The position numbers and the translations under genes were made by a program. From positions 1 to 52,438 of IMG/VR virus record IMGVR_UViG_3300016656_000038: a stretch of 52,438 bases of DNA; one strand, given 5' to 3'. Source of the stretch: a virus (taxonomy: Duplodnaviria; Caudoviricetes). Each line of letters opens with the position of its first letter. The first letter of the stretch is position 1. The notes under the pieces are model-generated. The model saw only the letters and a list, made by a program, of their open reading frames with translations. It had not been told where the DNA came from and did no database searches. This document shows positions 35,141-45,817 of the stretch, piece by piece.

Positions 35141-38100
35141 CAGTTCAGCTTTCCGATCCGCATCTTGAGGGTCCCAGCCTCGTTATAAATGTCGATCCTC
35201 TGGTTCGGGCCGTCGATCTCCAGTCGGGCTCCAGTCGGGTTCCCGATGACCAGTTTCCCGGTGATGAAGACGATACCGTTCTGGATACGCATCACGCGGA
35301 TGATCTGGCCCCCGACGACGTTCGAGAAGGCGATCTCCGACGCGACCAGAGCGGCAAGCGACCCCGACTGGTCGGCTCGGATCAGCAGTTGCGCCGGGTC
35401 GGACCCGGCCGCCGCGATGACCTCGAACCGCGCCGATGACAGGCGGGTTTGAGCATCAGCCGCAACAGCCGCCGTGACACTAAGTTGGGCCGAAAGTTCC
35501 GACGCCTGGCCCCCGCCGGCTGGAGCAACCCAATCTGGAACGACCGTCGCATCGGGACGAAGACGGGCAAACATAGGCTTGCGAAGCCACAGGGCGAAGT
35601 TTGAAGCCGCGCCGCCGGTCCCGTAGATATAGATTTCAACCCCGAGATAACCGTCCCCCGGCGCGGTTTCGATCTTCTCGCGGCGGTGCCATCCGGTGTT
35701 TCGCGCCGTATAGACCTCGGCCCCGAGGTCCTGAACATAATTACCGTTCAGGTCGAAGAAGTGGAATGAGATATGCCCCTCGACCGGCTGGAAGCCGCCG
35801 AAGATAGCCTCATCCAGGAACTCGGCCGCGAAGCCCAGCCGCTCGCCTTGATAGACCCGCCATGTCTTGAAACCGAACGCAACAGCAGACCTTGGCGTCG
35901 GGCCTCCCTCCATGTGCCAGGACCCGGCGAGGCCGTCAGCTTGGCAGGAACCGTTCTTTTTGATGAACGCGAAGTTTTGATAAAATCCGCGATCCGGTTG
36001 GACTCCGGTGCCGCCGTCCCAGCCGTAATCGAGACCCTTGTTGCCTTGTGCAAAGTCGGCGTTCCAGAACTCATTTTGAACCCCGACGCGCGCGGCAAGG
36101 TTGGCGCTGATCGACGCGGCGGCGGCCGAGGAACTGGCGCTGGCGGCCGAAGTCAAGGCGGCGGCGGCCGAGGCGGCGGCCGAGGCGCTTTCGGTTACAT
36201 CCTCGCATCGGAGAACGGCTAGGTCCCACGTTGCCCCGGAATCTCCGCCACCCTGGTTAACCCCGCCGTGGAAACAGGGGCGAATATAGGCCGCGCCGGA
36301 ATAGGCCGATGCAAGCGCCTCAGTCGTGACGGACTTTGCGTCTGTGATCCAACCGCCAGCCGCCGTTCGGCTAGGGAAGTCGAACCAATAGCCGACGATC
36401 ACGGCCGAAGAGTTGTAAACGATAAACCCGTTCCGCATGACGTTATCGGAGCCGGGGGACACAACGCGCGAGACGGCCGTGTATCGATATGTTCGACCGG
36501 CCTCCAGCTTCCTCCAGCCGCGTGAAGCGACGGGGATAGACCCGGTGAAGCGACGGACGGTCCCCTGGTCTGTCGTCGCGACGTTCGTCCCGGCCGTCAA
36601 AGCCGGTGCGTTTTCTGGAAGCTGGGCGCCCAAGTTTGCGTCGTAAAAGTCGGCGGGTCGTTCGGGCCGATCCGGCATCAAGCGATTGGCAACCGATTGC
36701 GCCGATGTGGCGCTGACGCCCGCGCTGATCGCCGCCGTGTTGGCGTTCCCGGCCGAGGTCGAGGCCTGGGAGGCGAAGGTCTGGGCCTGCCCGGCCGACG
36801 TATTGGCGGCAGTCGCGGAGCCGCTGGACGCACTTGCGAAGTCGCCCGCCTGGTCCCGGTAGGCGAGCGCTTGGGACGCGCTGGTCACGGCGGCCCCGGC
36901 GGAGTTCCCGGCGCTATCGGCCGCGACTTGAGCAGCCAGTTTCGACGCATTGGCCGCGATGGCGCTTTGACCCGCTTCGTCCGCCTTGGTCGAGGCGATG
37001 CCGGCCGATACGTTCGAGGCCGAAGCCGCGTCCCCGGCCTCTCCGGCCTTAAGGACCGCGAGGTTCGCCGCTTGCCCGGCCTCTAGGGCCGACTGGGCCG
37101 CGCTAACCGTGTCCCCATAGATGTCTTCTAGGTCTTGGACCGCTTGGGCGTTCAGCGCGGAGATCGCCTCGACCGACAACAGGCGATCCGTCAGGGTCGA
37201 GGCCGGGATGCCGTTCACGGCGCCGGTGTCGCTGGAGACGTTCGAACCGCCCGGGATGGCGACCTCTTCTTGGACAGCCCAAGGCCCCGGCCAGTTGTCC
37301 GACCTGATCCAGCGGGCGCGGACATTGAACCCCGGAGGACCGGAGGCCAGGCCCATGAGGTCCCCTTGGGCGCGTCGGGCCGAGATCAGGCCGCCCGTCG
37401 GAGTGACCCATTCGCCCCCGCTGGCAGGCTGGACTTCGACTTCGAGCGTCTGGATGTCGCCGGTCGAGATGGGCGCGGCCGAGACCTCGATGGCGCCGAA
37501 CGAAGAACCGTCAGTGGCGGACGTCCGGGTGACGCCCAGCGCCATGAAGGAGGCCGGCGTCGGGATGTCGGCAAGAACCGGGATGGCGCCGACCAGCGTC
37601 GGCAAGCTGCTGTCGCCGTTCCGAAGAATCGTCCTGACCTCCAGGTCAATCGTGACCTGTTGCCCGTCGGCCGGCGGATGGGCGGCGCCGCTGATCGCGG
37701 GCGTCCTGATGATCCCGCCGCCAACCGGGACCGGGTCGAGGTTCTGCCAGGGCGTCGTCGATACGCCCTCCTCCAGGTCGACCGTCGTCACGCGGAAGCG
37801 AGCGACGAAGCCGGAGATGGGAACGCCCGTCCAAGGGCCGACCGAGACCTGGGCGTTCAGACCGGAGGGTTCCGCGAAGTCCGGGCGGGTCACGATGGGC
37901 CTCGGCGCGGCCTCGCGCTCGGTGATGACCGAAGGCAAGGGCGGGATCGGGTTATTGATCGCCCCCGCGATGGCGTCCGCGATGTAGGGGATGCCTCGGA
38001 ACGTAACCGTCATGTCGTCTTGAGGCTCGACGTCGACGATTTCTAGATCTTCCGAGATGACCCCCGTCTCCCCGAAGACGACTAGATCGCCCCGGGATGG

Positions 38101-40281
38101 CGAGACCTCGACGGCGCGCGGCGCGGCGAACCTCAGGACGTTGGTCCGCCCGGGGACGTTCAGAATAGGGATCGATCGGATGACGCCATCGGCCAGCCGG
38201 ACGTCGACCCCATAGGTCTTCCCGGCCTCCATCTCGACATCTTCATCGAGGCGGAAGCCCGAGACCAGCGCGCCCGCGAAGGTGCGGTTCACCACCCGGC
38301 CGTCGGCCAGCCCATAGAGGGTCGCCGGATGGCGGACCAGGACGCGGTCCCCGTAGGTCGTCGCGATGGCCTCGGCGCCGGCGGTCCATTCGTGCATCTC
38401 GACCTGAAGGAGCCGCTTCGCCATATAGACCCGGCCCTCTTGGAAGGCCCGCTCGGCCGAGCAGCCGAAGTCCAAGTCCAAGGTCTCGATCAGCGTCGCG
38501 TTGTCCGCGTTGTAGCCGTCCGCATAGACGTAGAGTTCATCATCGACCGAGCCGCCGTCGATGTTGAGGAACTGGACGAAGACCGCATGGATGGGCTCCG
38601 GGAAGGTCCGGCGGTAGCGATAGCCGCTGGCGTTGCGGCCGCTGAAGACCTGGCGCGGCGCCTCGCGGACCCAGTCGGGGACGAAGCAAAGGCGCGAGCC
38701 GTTCCAGAAGGTCGAGAACCGGCCCATCTTCCCGAGGCCGACCATGACGTCCTGCTGGGACTTGTCGTCTGTGACCAGAAGGGAGCCCTTCCAAGTCGGG
38801 TTCGCCTCGATCAGCTGATAGGTCGCCTCGCAGCTGGAGTGGAAGTCCAGGCCGACCAGCGGCCGCGCGGCCGGTTCGCCCATCAGGACCCAGCGGAGCA
38901 GGGCAGCCGCGTTCGAGGTCCGCGCCTCCGTATCCCAGTTCCCGCCGCTATAGATCGGGACGATGGGCTCGCACTCCCCAGTGATCAGCGGGAGGTTGCC
39001 GTTCAGGTCGTCCGAGGACTTGATCCGCAGGAAGATCACCGAGAGCGTCTGGTCGACGACCGGAAGCTGGTTCTCGATGGTCCGCAGGGCCGTCCAATAG
39101 GACGTGTCGGTCAGTTCGTCCTCGGGCTCGCCGCTATCGGGGTTCCAGACCCGAACCCGGACGTTGTATTGGCCCTTTTGGGCGAAGTCGAAGCCGAAGG
39201 TTCGGCGGATCGGGTCCTTCGTCTTTCCGCTGATGTAGAACTCGCCGGCCGGCAGAGCGACGCCGTTCTTGTTGTAGAACTGGCCGATCTGGGCCGCGAC
39301 CCATCCGCCGCCCCCGACCAGCTGGACCTCGATCCGGCCTTGGACCTCTTGGGGAACGATCTTCCCCGACGACTTGGCCCATCGCAGACCATTGGGAAGG
39401 CCGATGTCGACCTCGCCCCGGTCGGCCTCGATGGCCGTCGTGTGAACCTCCCAGTCGCCGCCCTTGTCGAGTTTGTCCTGGAAGTTCTCCTGAACGACGC
39501 GGTTCGGGTAAAGGCTAGACTGGCGCGGGACGCCTGGCTCCAAGAAGGTCTCGACCGCGATCTCGCCGGCCGGATAGTCCTCCAGACGGGTCTCCCCGAT
39601 CTTCAGGTTCCCGACCCAGCAGCGCCCGTAGTGCGGGGCGAGCGCGATGTTCAGATAGACGTCGTCCCCGATTAGTTGCGTGTATGGCGGGGCCGCGAGG
39701 TCGAAGGCCCAGCGACGGAACCCCAGGCAGAGCGGCATCGGGGCGCGCGGCCGATAGGAGTTGGAGCCGTCCTGAAGGGCGCCGCTGCTGTTCGCCTCGG
39801 CCAGTTTGTCGTTATCCGGGGCGAAGATGGCGCTCACGGCCATCTGACCCCCGACGGCGACGGCCGCAGAGGCGGCGGCCCTAACCCAAGGGGCGGCGGC
39901 CGCCAAAGGACCACCGGCCCCGCCGGTCCAGATGGAGAGCGCCACGACGGCCAGCGTGAGGACCGTCTGGAGAACCTTGTCGCCGCCCCCGCCGCCGCCG
40001 TTCTGGACGACGACGACCAGGTTCACGATCTCGCCCGGTTTGGGGACGTAGCGCATCGCCGCCAAGCGCTCCTCCCGCGTATCGGCGGGGAGCGGGACGC
40101 CGTCCACATGAACCCGAAGGCGACGGATGGTGTCCGCGTCGTCCGCAAGCTTGCCCTGACGGATGGCGGCCGCGACCAGGTCGGAAACCTTCTGGCCCAG
40201 CGCGGGGACCTCCAGGACCTCCGCCCGGGGCGTGAAGGGCTCCGGCGAGAGGATGACCTGGGGGAGATGCTGATCAGTCAT
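35140..40281 (-). CDS. Central tail fibre / host-specificity J-like protein
   Basis: 1713 aa; TSNAAALLRWVL, Ala/Ser-rich stalk, C-terminal LKMRIGKL; position after NlpC/P60. Confidence 0.85.
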   Translation of the reverse strand: MTDQHLPQVILSPEPFTPRAEVLEVPALGQKVSDLVAAAIRQGKLADDADTIRRLRVHVDGVPLPADTREERLAAMRYVPKPGEIVNLVVVVQNGGGGGGDKVLQTVLTLAVVALSIWTGGAGGPLAAAAPWVRAAASAAVAVGGQMAVSAIFAPDNDKLAEANSSGALQDGSNSYRPRAPMPLCLGFRRWAFDLAAPPYTQLIGDDVYLNIALAPHYGRCWVGNLKIGETRLEDYPAGEIAVETFLEPGVPRQSSLYPNRVVQENFQDKLDKGGDWEVHTTAIEADRGEVDIGLPNGLRWAKSSGKIVPQEVQGRIEVQLVGGGGWVAAQIGQFYNKNGVALPAGEFYISGKTKDPIRRTFGFDFAQKGQYNVRVRVWNPDSGEPEDELTDTSYWTALRTIENQLPVVDQTLSVIFLRIKSSDDLNGNLPLITGECEPIVPIYSGGNWDTEARTSNAAALLRWVLMGEPAARPLVGLDFHSSCEATYQLIEANPTWKGSLLVTDDKSQQDVMVGLGKMGRFSTFWNGSRLCFVPDWVREAPRQVFSGRNASGYRYRRTFPEPIHAVFVQFLNIDGGSVDDELYVYADGYNADNATLIETLDLDFGCSAERAFQEGRVYMAKRLLQVEMHEWTAGAEAIATTYGDRVLVRHPATLYGLADGRVVNRTFAGALVSGFRLDEDVEMEAGKTYGVDVRLADGVIRSIPILNVPGRTNVLRFAAPRAVEVSPSRGDLVVFGETGVISEDLEIVDVEPQDDMTVTFRGIPYIADAIAGAINNPIPPLPSVITEREAAPRPIVTRPDFAEPSGLNAQVSVGPWTGVPISGFVARFRVTTVDLEEGVSTTPWQNLDPVPVGGGIIRTPAISGAAHPPADGQQVTIDLEVRTILRNGDSSLPTLVGAIPVLADIPTPASFMALGVTRTSATDGSSFGAIEVSAAPISTGDIQTLEVEVQPASGGEWVTPTGGLISARRAQGDLMGLASGPPGFNVRARWIRSDNWPGPWAVQEEVAIPGGSNVSSDTGAVNGIPASTLTDRLLSVEAISALNAQAVQDLEDIYGDTVSAAQSALEAGQAANLAVLKAGEAGDAASASNVSAGIASTKADEAGQSAIAANASKLAAQVAADSAGNSAGAAVTSASQALAYRDQAGDFASASSGSATAANTSAGQAQTFASQASTSAGNANTAAISAGVSATSAQSVANRLMPDRPERPADFYDANLGAQLPENAPALTAGTNVATTDQGTVRRFTGSIPVASRGWRKLEAGRTYRYTAVSRVVSPGSDNVMRNGFIVYNSSAVIVGYWFDFPSRTAAGGWITDAKSVTTEALASAYSGAAYIRPCFHGGVNQGGGDSGATWDLAVLRCEDVTESASAAASAAAALTSAASASSSAAAASISANLAARVGVQNEFWNADFAQGNKGLDYGWDGGTGVQPDRGFYQNFAFIKKNGSCQADGLAGSWHMEGGPTPRSAVAFGFKTWRVYQGERLGFAAEFLDEAIFGGFQPVEGHISFHFFDLNGNYVQDLGAEVYTARNTGWHRREKIETAPGDGYLGVEIYIYGTGGAASNFALWLRKPMFARLRPDATVVPDWVAPAGGGQASELSAQLSVTAAVAADAQTRLSSARFEVIAAAGSDPAQLLIRADQSGSLAALVASEIAFSNVVGGQIIRVMRIQNGIVFITGKLVIGNPTGARLEIDGPNQRIDIYNEAGTLKMRIGKLN

Positions 40282-40684
40282 AAACGCCTCGGAGCCTTCG
40301 TTCCCATTGTGGTTCGCGGTCGAAGTCGACGATCACGGTCCCGACCCCTCCCGAACAATGGATGAAGTCCCGAGGCGAGAGCGCGACCCCGACGTGTGAC
40401 GCGGAACCGAAGTAATGAAATAGCAGGACCGCGCCCGGCCGCATATCCGCAAGGCGATTCCCGAGAAGGGTCCAGTCTGACAAGCGGGCTGCGATCTTCT
40501 CGGCCCTGGCGCAAGCGGAGACGGCTTCCTCGGCCCCATACTCGACGCCGTCGCTGTGCCATGGGCGGTCGAAGAGCGCCCGGACGTGGCGGGCGCAGGC
40601 CAGGCAGTCCCAGCCGTCCAGCGTGGCGCCGTTCAGCTGGTAGGGCGTCCCGACCAGCTGGCCCGCTCTCTGGTAGGGGGTCAC
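40274..40684 (-). CDS. NlpC/P60 tail-tip protein (lambda K-like)
   Basis: GTPY..GWDC..HVGV..FIH. Confidence 0.82.
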   Translation of the reverse strand: MTPYQRAGQLVGTPYQLNGATLDGWDCLACARHVRALFDRPWHSDGVEYGAEEAVSACARAEKIAARLSDWTLLGNRLADMRPGAVLLFHYFGSASHVGVALSPRDFIHCSGGVGTVIVDFDREPQWERRLRGVYD

Positions 40685-41160
40685 ATCAGGCCGGGAACGC
40701 GCGCGCCGATATAGCGGGCCTGGTTCGCCGGCTCGGTGTCGAAGGCGCGGGGTTCGATGTTCGCCGTCACCTTGGGGTCGTCGCTCTCGACATCGCCAAC
40801 CCGGGCGCCGACGACGGCCATCTCGACTTCGTCCGGGTCGTCTATCAGGACCAGTTCGGCCGACGCGCTGACCTGGGCGCCCGCCGGGAGCGAGCGGACG
40901 GCCCGCATGATCCGCGCGTCCGTGTTGGCGATCTCCAGCTTCGCCCCCCGGGAGGGTTCATCCTGCCCGGCGCCGCCGAACACGAAGGAGAATGGGAAGT
41001 GCTGGAACTCCAGGCCTCGGCTTGTCGTCCCGTCCGGGTCGCTGGACGCGCGGATCGGGTCTTCCAAGTTCGGGCTATCCAAGGTGATCAGCAGGGCCGT
41101 AGCCGGGCCGTCCTCGGAATAGATTTGCTCGATAGCCTCGGGGGAGAAGTCGCGCGCCAT
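40681..41160 (-). CDS. Tail-tip protein (DUF1833-like)
   Basis: LLITLD..PIR..FPF..LEIAN; position in the tail cluster. Confidence 0.7.
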   Translation of the reverse strand: MARDFSPEAIEQIYSEDGPATALLITLDSPNLEDPIRASSDPDGTTSRGLEFQHFPFSFVFGGAGQDEPSRGAKLEIANTDARIMRAVRSLPAGAQVSASAELVLIDDPDEVEMAVVGARVGDVESDDPKVTANIEPRAFDTEPANQARYIGARVPGLM

Positions 41161-41969
41161 CAGGGGACCATCAGCTGAAGTTTGAACTGGGTCCTACGTC
41201 GCCCGGGCAGCTGGCCCGCGTCAACCGGCTCTCCGTCGGCCATCCATTGGGCCAGACAGACCTCGCGGGTGTCCGGCCGGGTGAACCAGAACTTGCCCGG
41301 GTCTTCGTCGAAGAAGTCCATCAGGTCGTCCCGCTGGGCCGTCGTGAGGTCGACCTGGGCGGACATCTGGTAACGGCGCGAGCGCGTGATCCGGCGGGTC
41401 GCCTCGACGCCAGCGTCGCCCGAGAAGCCCTTGCGGGTCGGGATCGGGTCGAACTGGAGGCCTTCGTCCATGATGGCCGGAAGATGGGCGGGCCAGGACG
41501 GATAGTTGAGATCGAGGTTCGTGTGGGGGCCGGATTGCCAGATACAGGGCTTCAGGCCGTCCGCGCTCGCATAGGGCTTGGTCAGGCGGGCGTCCGGGCC
41601 GGTCACATAGAGGGCGAACTGGGTCGCGCCACCCGGGGCCGCGACGTATCCCTTCGCCAGCTTGAAGCCCCCGACGCGGCCGCGCGATGCCTGACTTGTC
41701 GCCTGACGTTCAGTCGGGAGGGCGACGTCCTGAACGGTTCCGCCACCGGCGTCGAGGAAGCGAACGCCCGCCCCCACCCCAAGGAAGCGCACAACCCCCC
41801 AGACGCCCGTCCGGCCGTTCAGCGGACGGGGAGTCGACCGGACGGTTCCCGTCGACGTCAGAACCAATCGGCCCCGGCCGCCGATCCCCGTCGAGGCGAC
41901 CGCCAGGTTCGGGCCGCTCCAGTCGTTTACGTCATCGAGGAACGTCGCGTTCAACAGTTCATTCGCCAT
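41160..41969 (-). CDS. Distal tail (gpM-like) protein
   Basis: Follows tape measure; C-terminal RRITR..FWFTRP. Confidence 0.55.
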   Translation of the reverse strand: MANELLNATFLDDVNDWSGPNLAVASTGIGGRGRLVLTSTGTVRSTPRPLNGRTGVWGVVRFLGVGAGVRFLDAGGGTVQDVALPTERQATSQASRGRVGGFKLAKGYVAAPGGATQFALYVTGPDARLTKPYASADGLKPCIWQSGPHTNLDLNYPSWPAHLPAIMDEGLQFDPIPTRKGFSGDAGVEATRRITRSRRYQMSAQVDLTTAQRDDLMDFFDEDPGKFWFTRPDTREVCLAQWMADGEPVDAGQLPGRRRTQFKLQLMVP

Positions 41970-41972
41970 GGA

Positions 41973-44900
41973 TCAGGCCCTCTTCTTCGGCTGGGGCGAC
42001 TTCATCAAGGCCCGCTTCAGCTTACCAGAGCGACCGGCGCCTTCGATCATCTGGTTTCCGATGGGCTCCAGCGTAATCTTCTGGTCCCCGGTTTGGTCGT
42101 CGCGCTCGACCACCGGGACGGCCGGAACGCCGGTGTTGTTGACGATCTGGACGTTCCCTCCGGCGGCCGGGCGCGTCGAGCGGGTCTCGACTTGCGGCAT
42201 ATAGGGCGAGATCACCCCCGAGCCGCTGGGCCAGAAGACTTCGGGCCTGTTCTCCCCGACCAGCACCGGGAGGTTCTGGGATACGTTGCCCCCGATGGCG
42301 CGCGCGCCGCCGGACCCGATGGCGGACCCGATGGTCGAGATCAGGTCCGATCCGCTTTGGCTGGCGGCCGCCGCAGCCGCTTGGAGCATGGCCTGCTGGA
42401 GGACCGCCGCCGCCGTGGTCAGCGTGGCGAGCGAGGTCGAGGCCGCCGTGGCGGACGTCGAGAGCGCCGTCGAGGAGATGGCCGCCTGGGCGTCCGCGTT
42501 GGTCTTGGCGCTGGTCGCGGCCGTTCCGAAGAGGCTGTCGAGGCCCTGACGCATCAGGTCGGCCAGCGGGGCGACGATGATCGACTGATAGACCTCGGCC
42601 AGAACCCCCTCGACGACGCTCTTCCCGGTCTGGAGCAGGGCGTCCCCGAACCCTTCGGCCTCCAGGCTGGCGCGGGCCAGCGATGACGCCAGACCGTCCA
42701 GTTCGGAGGCCGCGATGTTCTCGACGATCTCCCGGCGCTGCTGGGGGTCGTTCGTCTGGTTGCGGCGCTCGGTCTCCCCGAGGCGTTCCAGAGGCGTAAG
42801 GTTCTGGCGCCGAAGGGCCTCGGCCTGGGCGGCCTGAAGGCGCGGCAGGAAGGCCAGGCGCTCGCGGGCGATCTGTTGCTCCGCCTCGGAGGATTCCTGG
42901 GACGCCAGAACGCCCTCCAGCTGGGCGCGCTCTTGCTGCTGGGCCAAGGCGAGAAGCTGGCGATCCAGTTCGGCGCGGGCGGCCGACGTCTGGGCGAGAT
43001 CGCGGTCGGCCGTCAGCCCGTCCCGCTGGTTTTCGAAGCGGCTCTCTTGGACCTGGAGCCATCCCGCGAGGACGCGGTTCGCGCTGGCCTGGATGGCCGT
43101 CTGTTCGTCGATCCCGGCGGTCGCCCGATAGAGCGCCGTCAGCTGGTCGACGCGCGCCTGGGTGTATTCCTTCGACCCCTTGGGGCCGCGCTCCTCGGCT
43201 TCCGCGATGGCGTCGTCGCGGCTCTGGCGGATGCGGCGAATGTCGTTCGCCAGGATGTCGCTTTCGGCGCGCGCCTGGGCCGCTCGGGCGTCGAGAACTT
43301 GCCGGTTGGCGTCCCGTAGGTCGTCCGCGAAGCGACGCTCGATGCGAAGCCGTTCGTTCTCGATCTCCTCGGCCGACTTGCCTTGGCGCCCCTTCGGGGT
43401 CTTGGCCGCGACCGGCGCGATGGTCGGGGCGTTCCGATAGGAGCCGTCCGCAAGGCCCTGCTGGATCGCCGCCAGCCGCTCCAAGGCGGCCTGTTCTTGC
43501 TCAACCGCCTTAAGGGCGGCCTGTTCGGCGTCAGCGGCGCGACGGTCCGCGCGGATCGACTGGCCCGCCAGCAGGCCCGGATAGGGCGTCCCGACGCCAC
43601 CGCCGGAGGCTTGGCGATCCGCCTCGCGAGCCTCGGCCGCCCGCTGGTTCGCCAGAGCGGCCGTGCGCTCCCGCAGGGCCATGGCGGCCCGGACGGCCTC
43701 TTGGGCCTCGATCCGCATCGCGTTGGCGTTCGCGATGGCCTGGGATGCATTCTCCGCCGTGGCGTTCGCGGCGTTGCGGGCGGCCTTTTCGTATTCGTCC
43801 AGCGCGTTTCCGGTCGCAGTCGCGGAGTTCCCGAGTTCCCGCTGGAGGATCGCCGCCTCGGAATATTTGCTGTTTAGATAGACCATGCCGGCCGCCAGCG
43901 CGGCGACCGCCAGGACCGTAACCCCGATGGGACCTCCCGCCAGGGCCAGCAGGCCGGAGCCGAGCCCGCGCGCCGCCGTGGCGGCCGAGAGGCTGGTCGC
44001 GGCCTGATAGTTCAGGGCGGCCGTCGCCGGCAGCGTCAGGGCCGTGAGGCGAGCGTTCGCGGCGGCCTGGGCGTTGAGCGCGACCGTATAGGCGGCGGCG
44101 TTCTGGGCCGCGAGAAGATCGGCGCGCGCCTTCCCGACGGTCGCGACCGTGGCGGCGACCATAGAGCCGACGTATCGAACCCCGATCAGGCCGACAAGAA
44201 CGGTAAGCGCCGGAACGATGGTGTCGAGGTTGTTCGCCAGCGCCTCGATAGCGGCGGAGATGCGCTGGGTCGCGGAGAGGCTGGCGTCGGTCTGGCCGAC
44301 ATAGACCCCCAGGGCGTTGTTCAAGGTCTGGAGGCTGACCGCGATGGTCAGGTTCGCCTTGCCGGCCTTGGCTTCCAGCTGGTCCGAGCCCTTTAGGAAG
44401 GCCTGATAGAACTCCTGCGAAGAGACCTTCCCGTCAATGACGGCGTTCCGCAGGGCGTTGACCGAGCCCTTGAAGCGGTCGGAGCCGTCCGCGACCGCCT
44501 GAAGGATCGGCCGAGCGCCCTCGTTAATCGAGTTGTATTCCTCCGCCCGGACGACGGCGCCGCCCAGCGCTTGAGACAGCTGGAGCAAGGCGCCTTTCGC
44601 GGCCTCGGTCGACGACCCTTGCACCTTGATCGCCGCCGCGACCCCGTCGGTGAACTTCAGAAGGTCCTCTTGGGTCGCCCCGAGTTCCTTCCCGGCTTGG
44701 GCGACGCGGCCATAGAGAACCCCCAGGCTCTCCAGTTCGACGCCGTATTTCTGGGCCGAGCGGAAGAGGTCTTCCTGGACGCCCGATAGGGCGGACCCTT
44801 CGAGGCCGGCGATTTTTAGCTGGTTGGTGAACCGCGTGTAGCTGTCCGCCAGGTCGGTAACGCTTTTCGCGGTGAAGCCCGCCGCAAGGGCGGACGTCGC

Positions 44901-45086
44901 TCCCAGCAGAGCCGTCTTGATCCCCGCGCTGGACGCCCGGATGCGGCGCTCTGCGTTCTCGGCCGTCTGGGCCATGCCTCCGACCGAGCGGTCGAAGAGG
45001 GCCTTCGAGGACCGAACGTCCGCGTTGTATTGGCCCAGACGGGCCGTCAGTTCGACGATGACCTTGTTAACGACCGCGTCCGACAT
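41973..45086 (-). CDS. Tape measure protein
   Basis: ALLQLSQAL..RAEEYNSINE; C-terminal VGENRPEVF; Ala-rich helical. Confidence 0.92.
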   Translation of the reverse strand: MSDAVVNKVIVELTARLGQYNADVRSSKALFDRSVGGMAQTAENAERRIRASSAGIKTALLGATSALAAGFTAKSVTDLADSYTRFTNQLKIAGLEGSALSGVQEDLFRSAQKYGVELESLGVLYGRVAQAGKELGATQEDLLKFTDGVAAAIKVQGSSTEAAKGALLQLSQALGGAVVRAEEYNSINEGARPILQAVADGSDRFKGSVNALRNAVIDGKVSSQEFYQAFLKGSDQLEAKAGKANLTIAVSLQTLNNALGVYVGQTDASLSATQRISAAIEALANNLDTIVPALTVLVGLIGVRYVGSMVAATVATVGKARADLLAAQNAAAYTVALNAQAAANARLTALTLPATAALNYQAATSLSAATAARGLGSGLLALAGGPIGVTVLAVAALAAGMVYLNSKYSEAAILQRELGNSATATGNALDEYEKAARNAANATAENASQAIANANAMRIEAQEAVRAAMALRERTAALANQRAAEAREADRQASGGGVGTPYPGLLAGQSIRADRRAADAEQAALKAVEQEQAALERLAAIQQGLADGSYRNAPTIAPVAAKTPKGRQGKSAEEIENERLRIERRFADDLRDANRQVLDARAAQARAESDILANDIRRIRQSRDDAIAEAEERGPKGSKEYTQARVDQLTALYRATAGIDEQTAIQASANRVLAGWLQVQESRFENQRDGLTADRDLAQTSAARAELDRQLLALAQQQERAQLEGVLASQESSEAEQQIARERLAFLPRLQAAQAEALRRQNLTPLERLGETERRNQTNDPQQRREIVENIAASELDGLASSLARASLEAEGFGDALLQTGKSVVEGVLAEVYQSIIVAPLADLMRQGLDSLFGTAATSAKTNADAQAAISSTALSTSATAASTSLATLTTAAAVLQQAMLQAAAAAASQSGSDLISTIGSAIGSGGARAIGGNVSQNLPVLVGENRPEVFWPSGSGVISPYMPQVETRSTRPAAGGNVQIVNNTGVPAVPVVERDDQTGDQKITLEPIGNQMIEGAGRSGKLKRALMKSPQPKKRA

Positions 45087-45092
45087 GGGGGC

Positions 45093-45365
45093 TTAGAACC
45101 TTTCGTCTTCGAGAGCGACGCTTCGGAACCGGCGGCGGGCCGCGCTGCGTTCTTCGACCGTCGGAGGGGGGGCGCCGTCATCCGGCATCAGGCCGTCTTT
45201 TTCGGTCTTCGGGGGCTTGGGCTGGCGCCGGTTGAACTCCCAGACCATCGCGCCATGTTCCCACAGCGAGAGACGCTTGGATTCCTCGACCGTCAGGCCG
45301 CAAGTGATCCCGTCCCCGATGATCCGTTCGAGGTCTATTCCGCCGTCGCCCTTGGGGCGTTTCCC
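45093..45365 (-). CDS. -1 frameshift extension of tail assembly chaperone (gpGT-like)
   Basis: Slippery G-GGA-AAC at 45365-45359; -1 frame reads GKRPK...GLTVEESKRLSLWE...DERF to TAA at 45095-45093. Confidence 0.8.
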   Translation of the reverse strand, partial: GKRPKGDGGIDLERIIGDGITCGLTVEESKRLSLWEHGAMVWEFNRRQPKPPKTEKDGLMPDDGAPPPTVEERSAARRRFRSVALEDERF

Positions 45366-45817
45366 GGGTCCCCATCCTCCCCCTTGGCGCCGTCGTCATC
45401 CGTCTTCGGGGGAGTGAAGCCTACGCAGACCGCGCCGATGATCGCATAGGCCAGCTTCCATTGATCGTCGGTCGTCATGGGGTCGAAATATTCCTCGACC
45501 AGGTCCAAGGCGATGACTGCCTCGACCTTGACCTCCGTCCGGGAGTTCTTCGGGCCGATGACCCCACGGCCGCCGCCGATCAGGCCCAGCCGGACGATCT
45601 CCCGAAGGTCGCCGGCGTCATATTCGCCGGACGCGACTTCGCGCCAGATAAGGCCGAACGGCTTCCGCTTGTGGCCGACGGCCCCATCGGGCCAGACAAC
45701 CTTCCACCCCCGCGCCTCCTGGAGGCTCGCAAGTTGAACCGCCGGCAGGGCGAACGTGTAAAACCCATCCCCAAAGGGAAGGGTGATCTCGCGGGGGTGA
45801 AAGGTTGCTTCCGACAT
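45335..45817 (-). CDS. Tail assembly chaperone (GTA gp10-like)
   Basis: FGDGFYTFAL, IVRLGLIGGG; lies between tail tube and tape measure. Confidence 0.8.
   Translation of the reverse strand: MSEATFHPREITLPFGDGFYTFALPAVQLASLQEARGWKVVWPDGAVGHKRKPFGLIWREVASGEYDAGDLREIVRLGLIGGGRGVIGPKNSRTEVKVEAVIALDLVEEYFDPMTTDDQWKLAYAIIGAVCVGFTPPKTDDDGAKGEDGDPGNAPRATAE

Noticed and set aside
35140-37100. Diversity-generating retroelement or invertible tail cassette
   Set aside because: No reverse transcriptase, invertase or template/variable repeat pair seen; the Ala/Ser repeats are protein-level only
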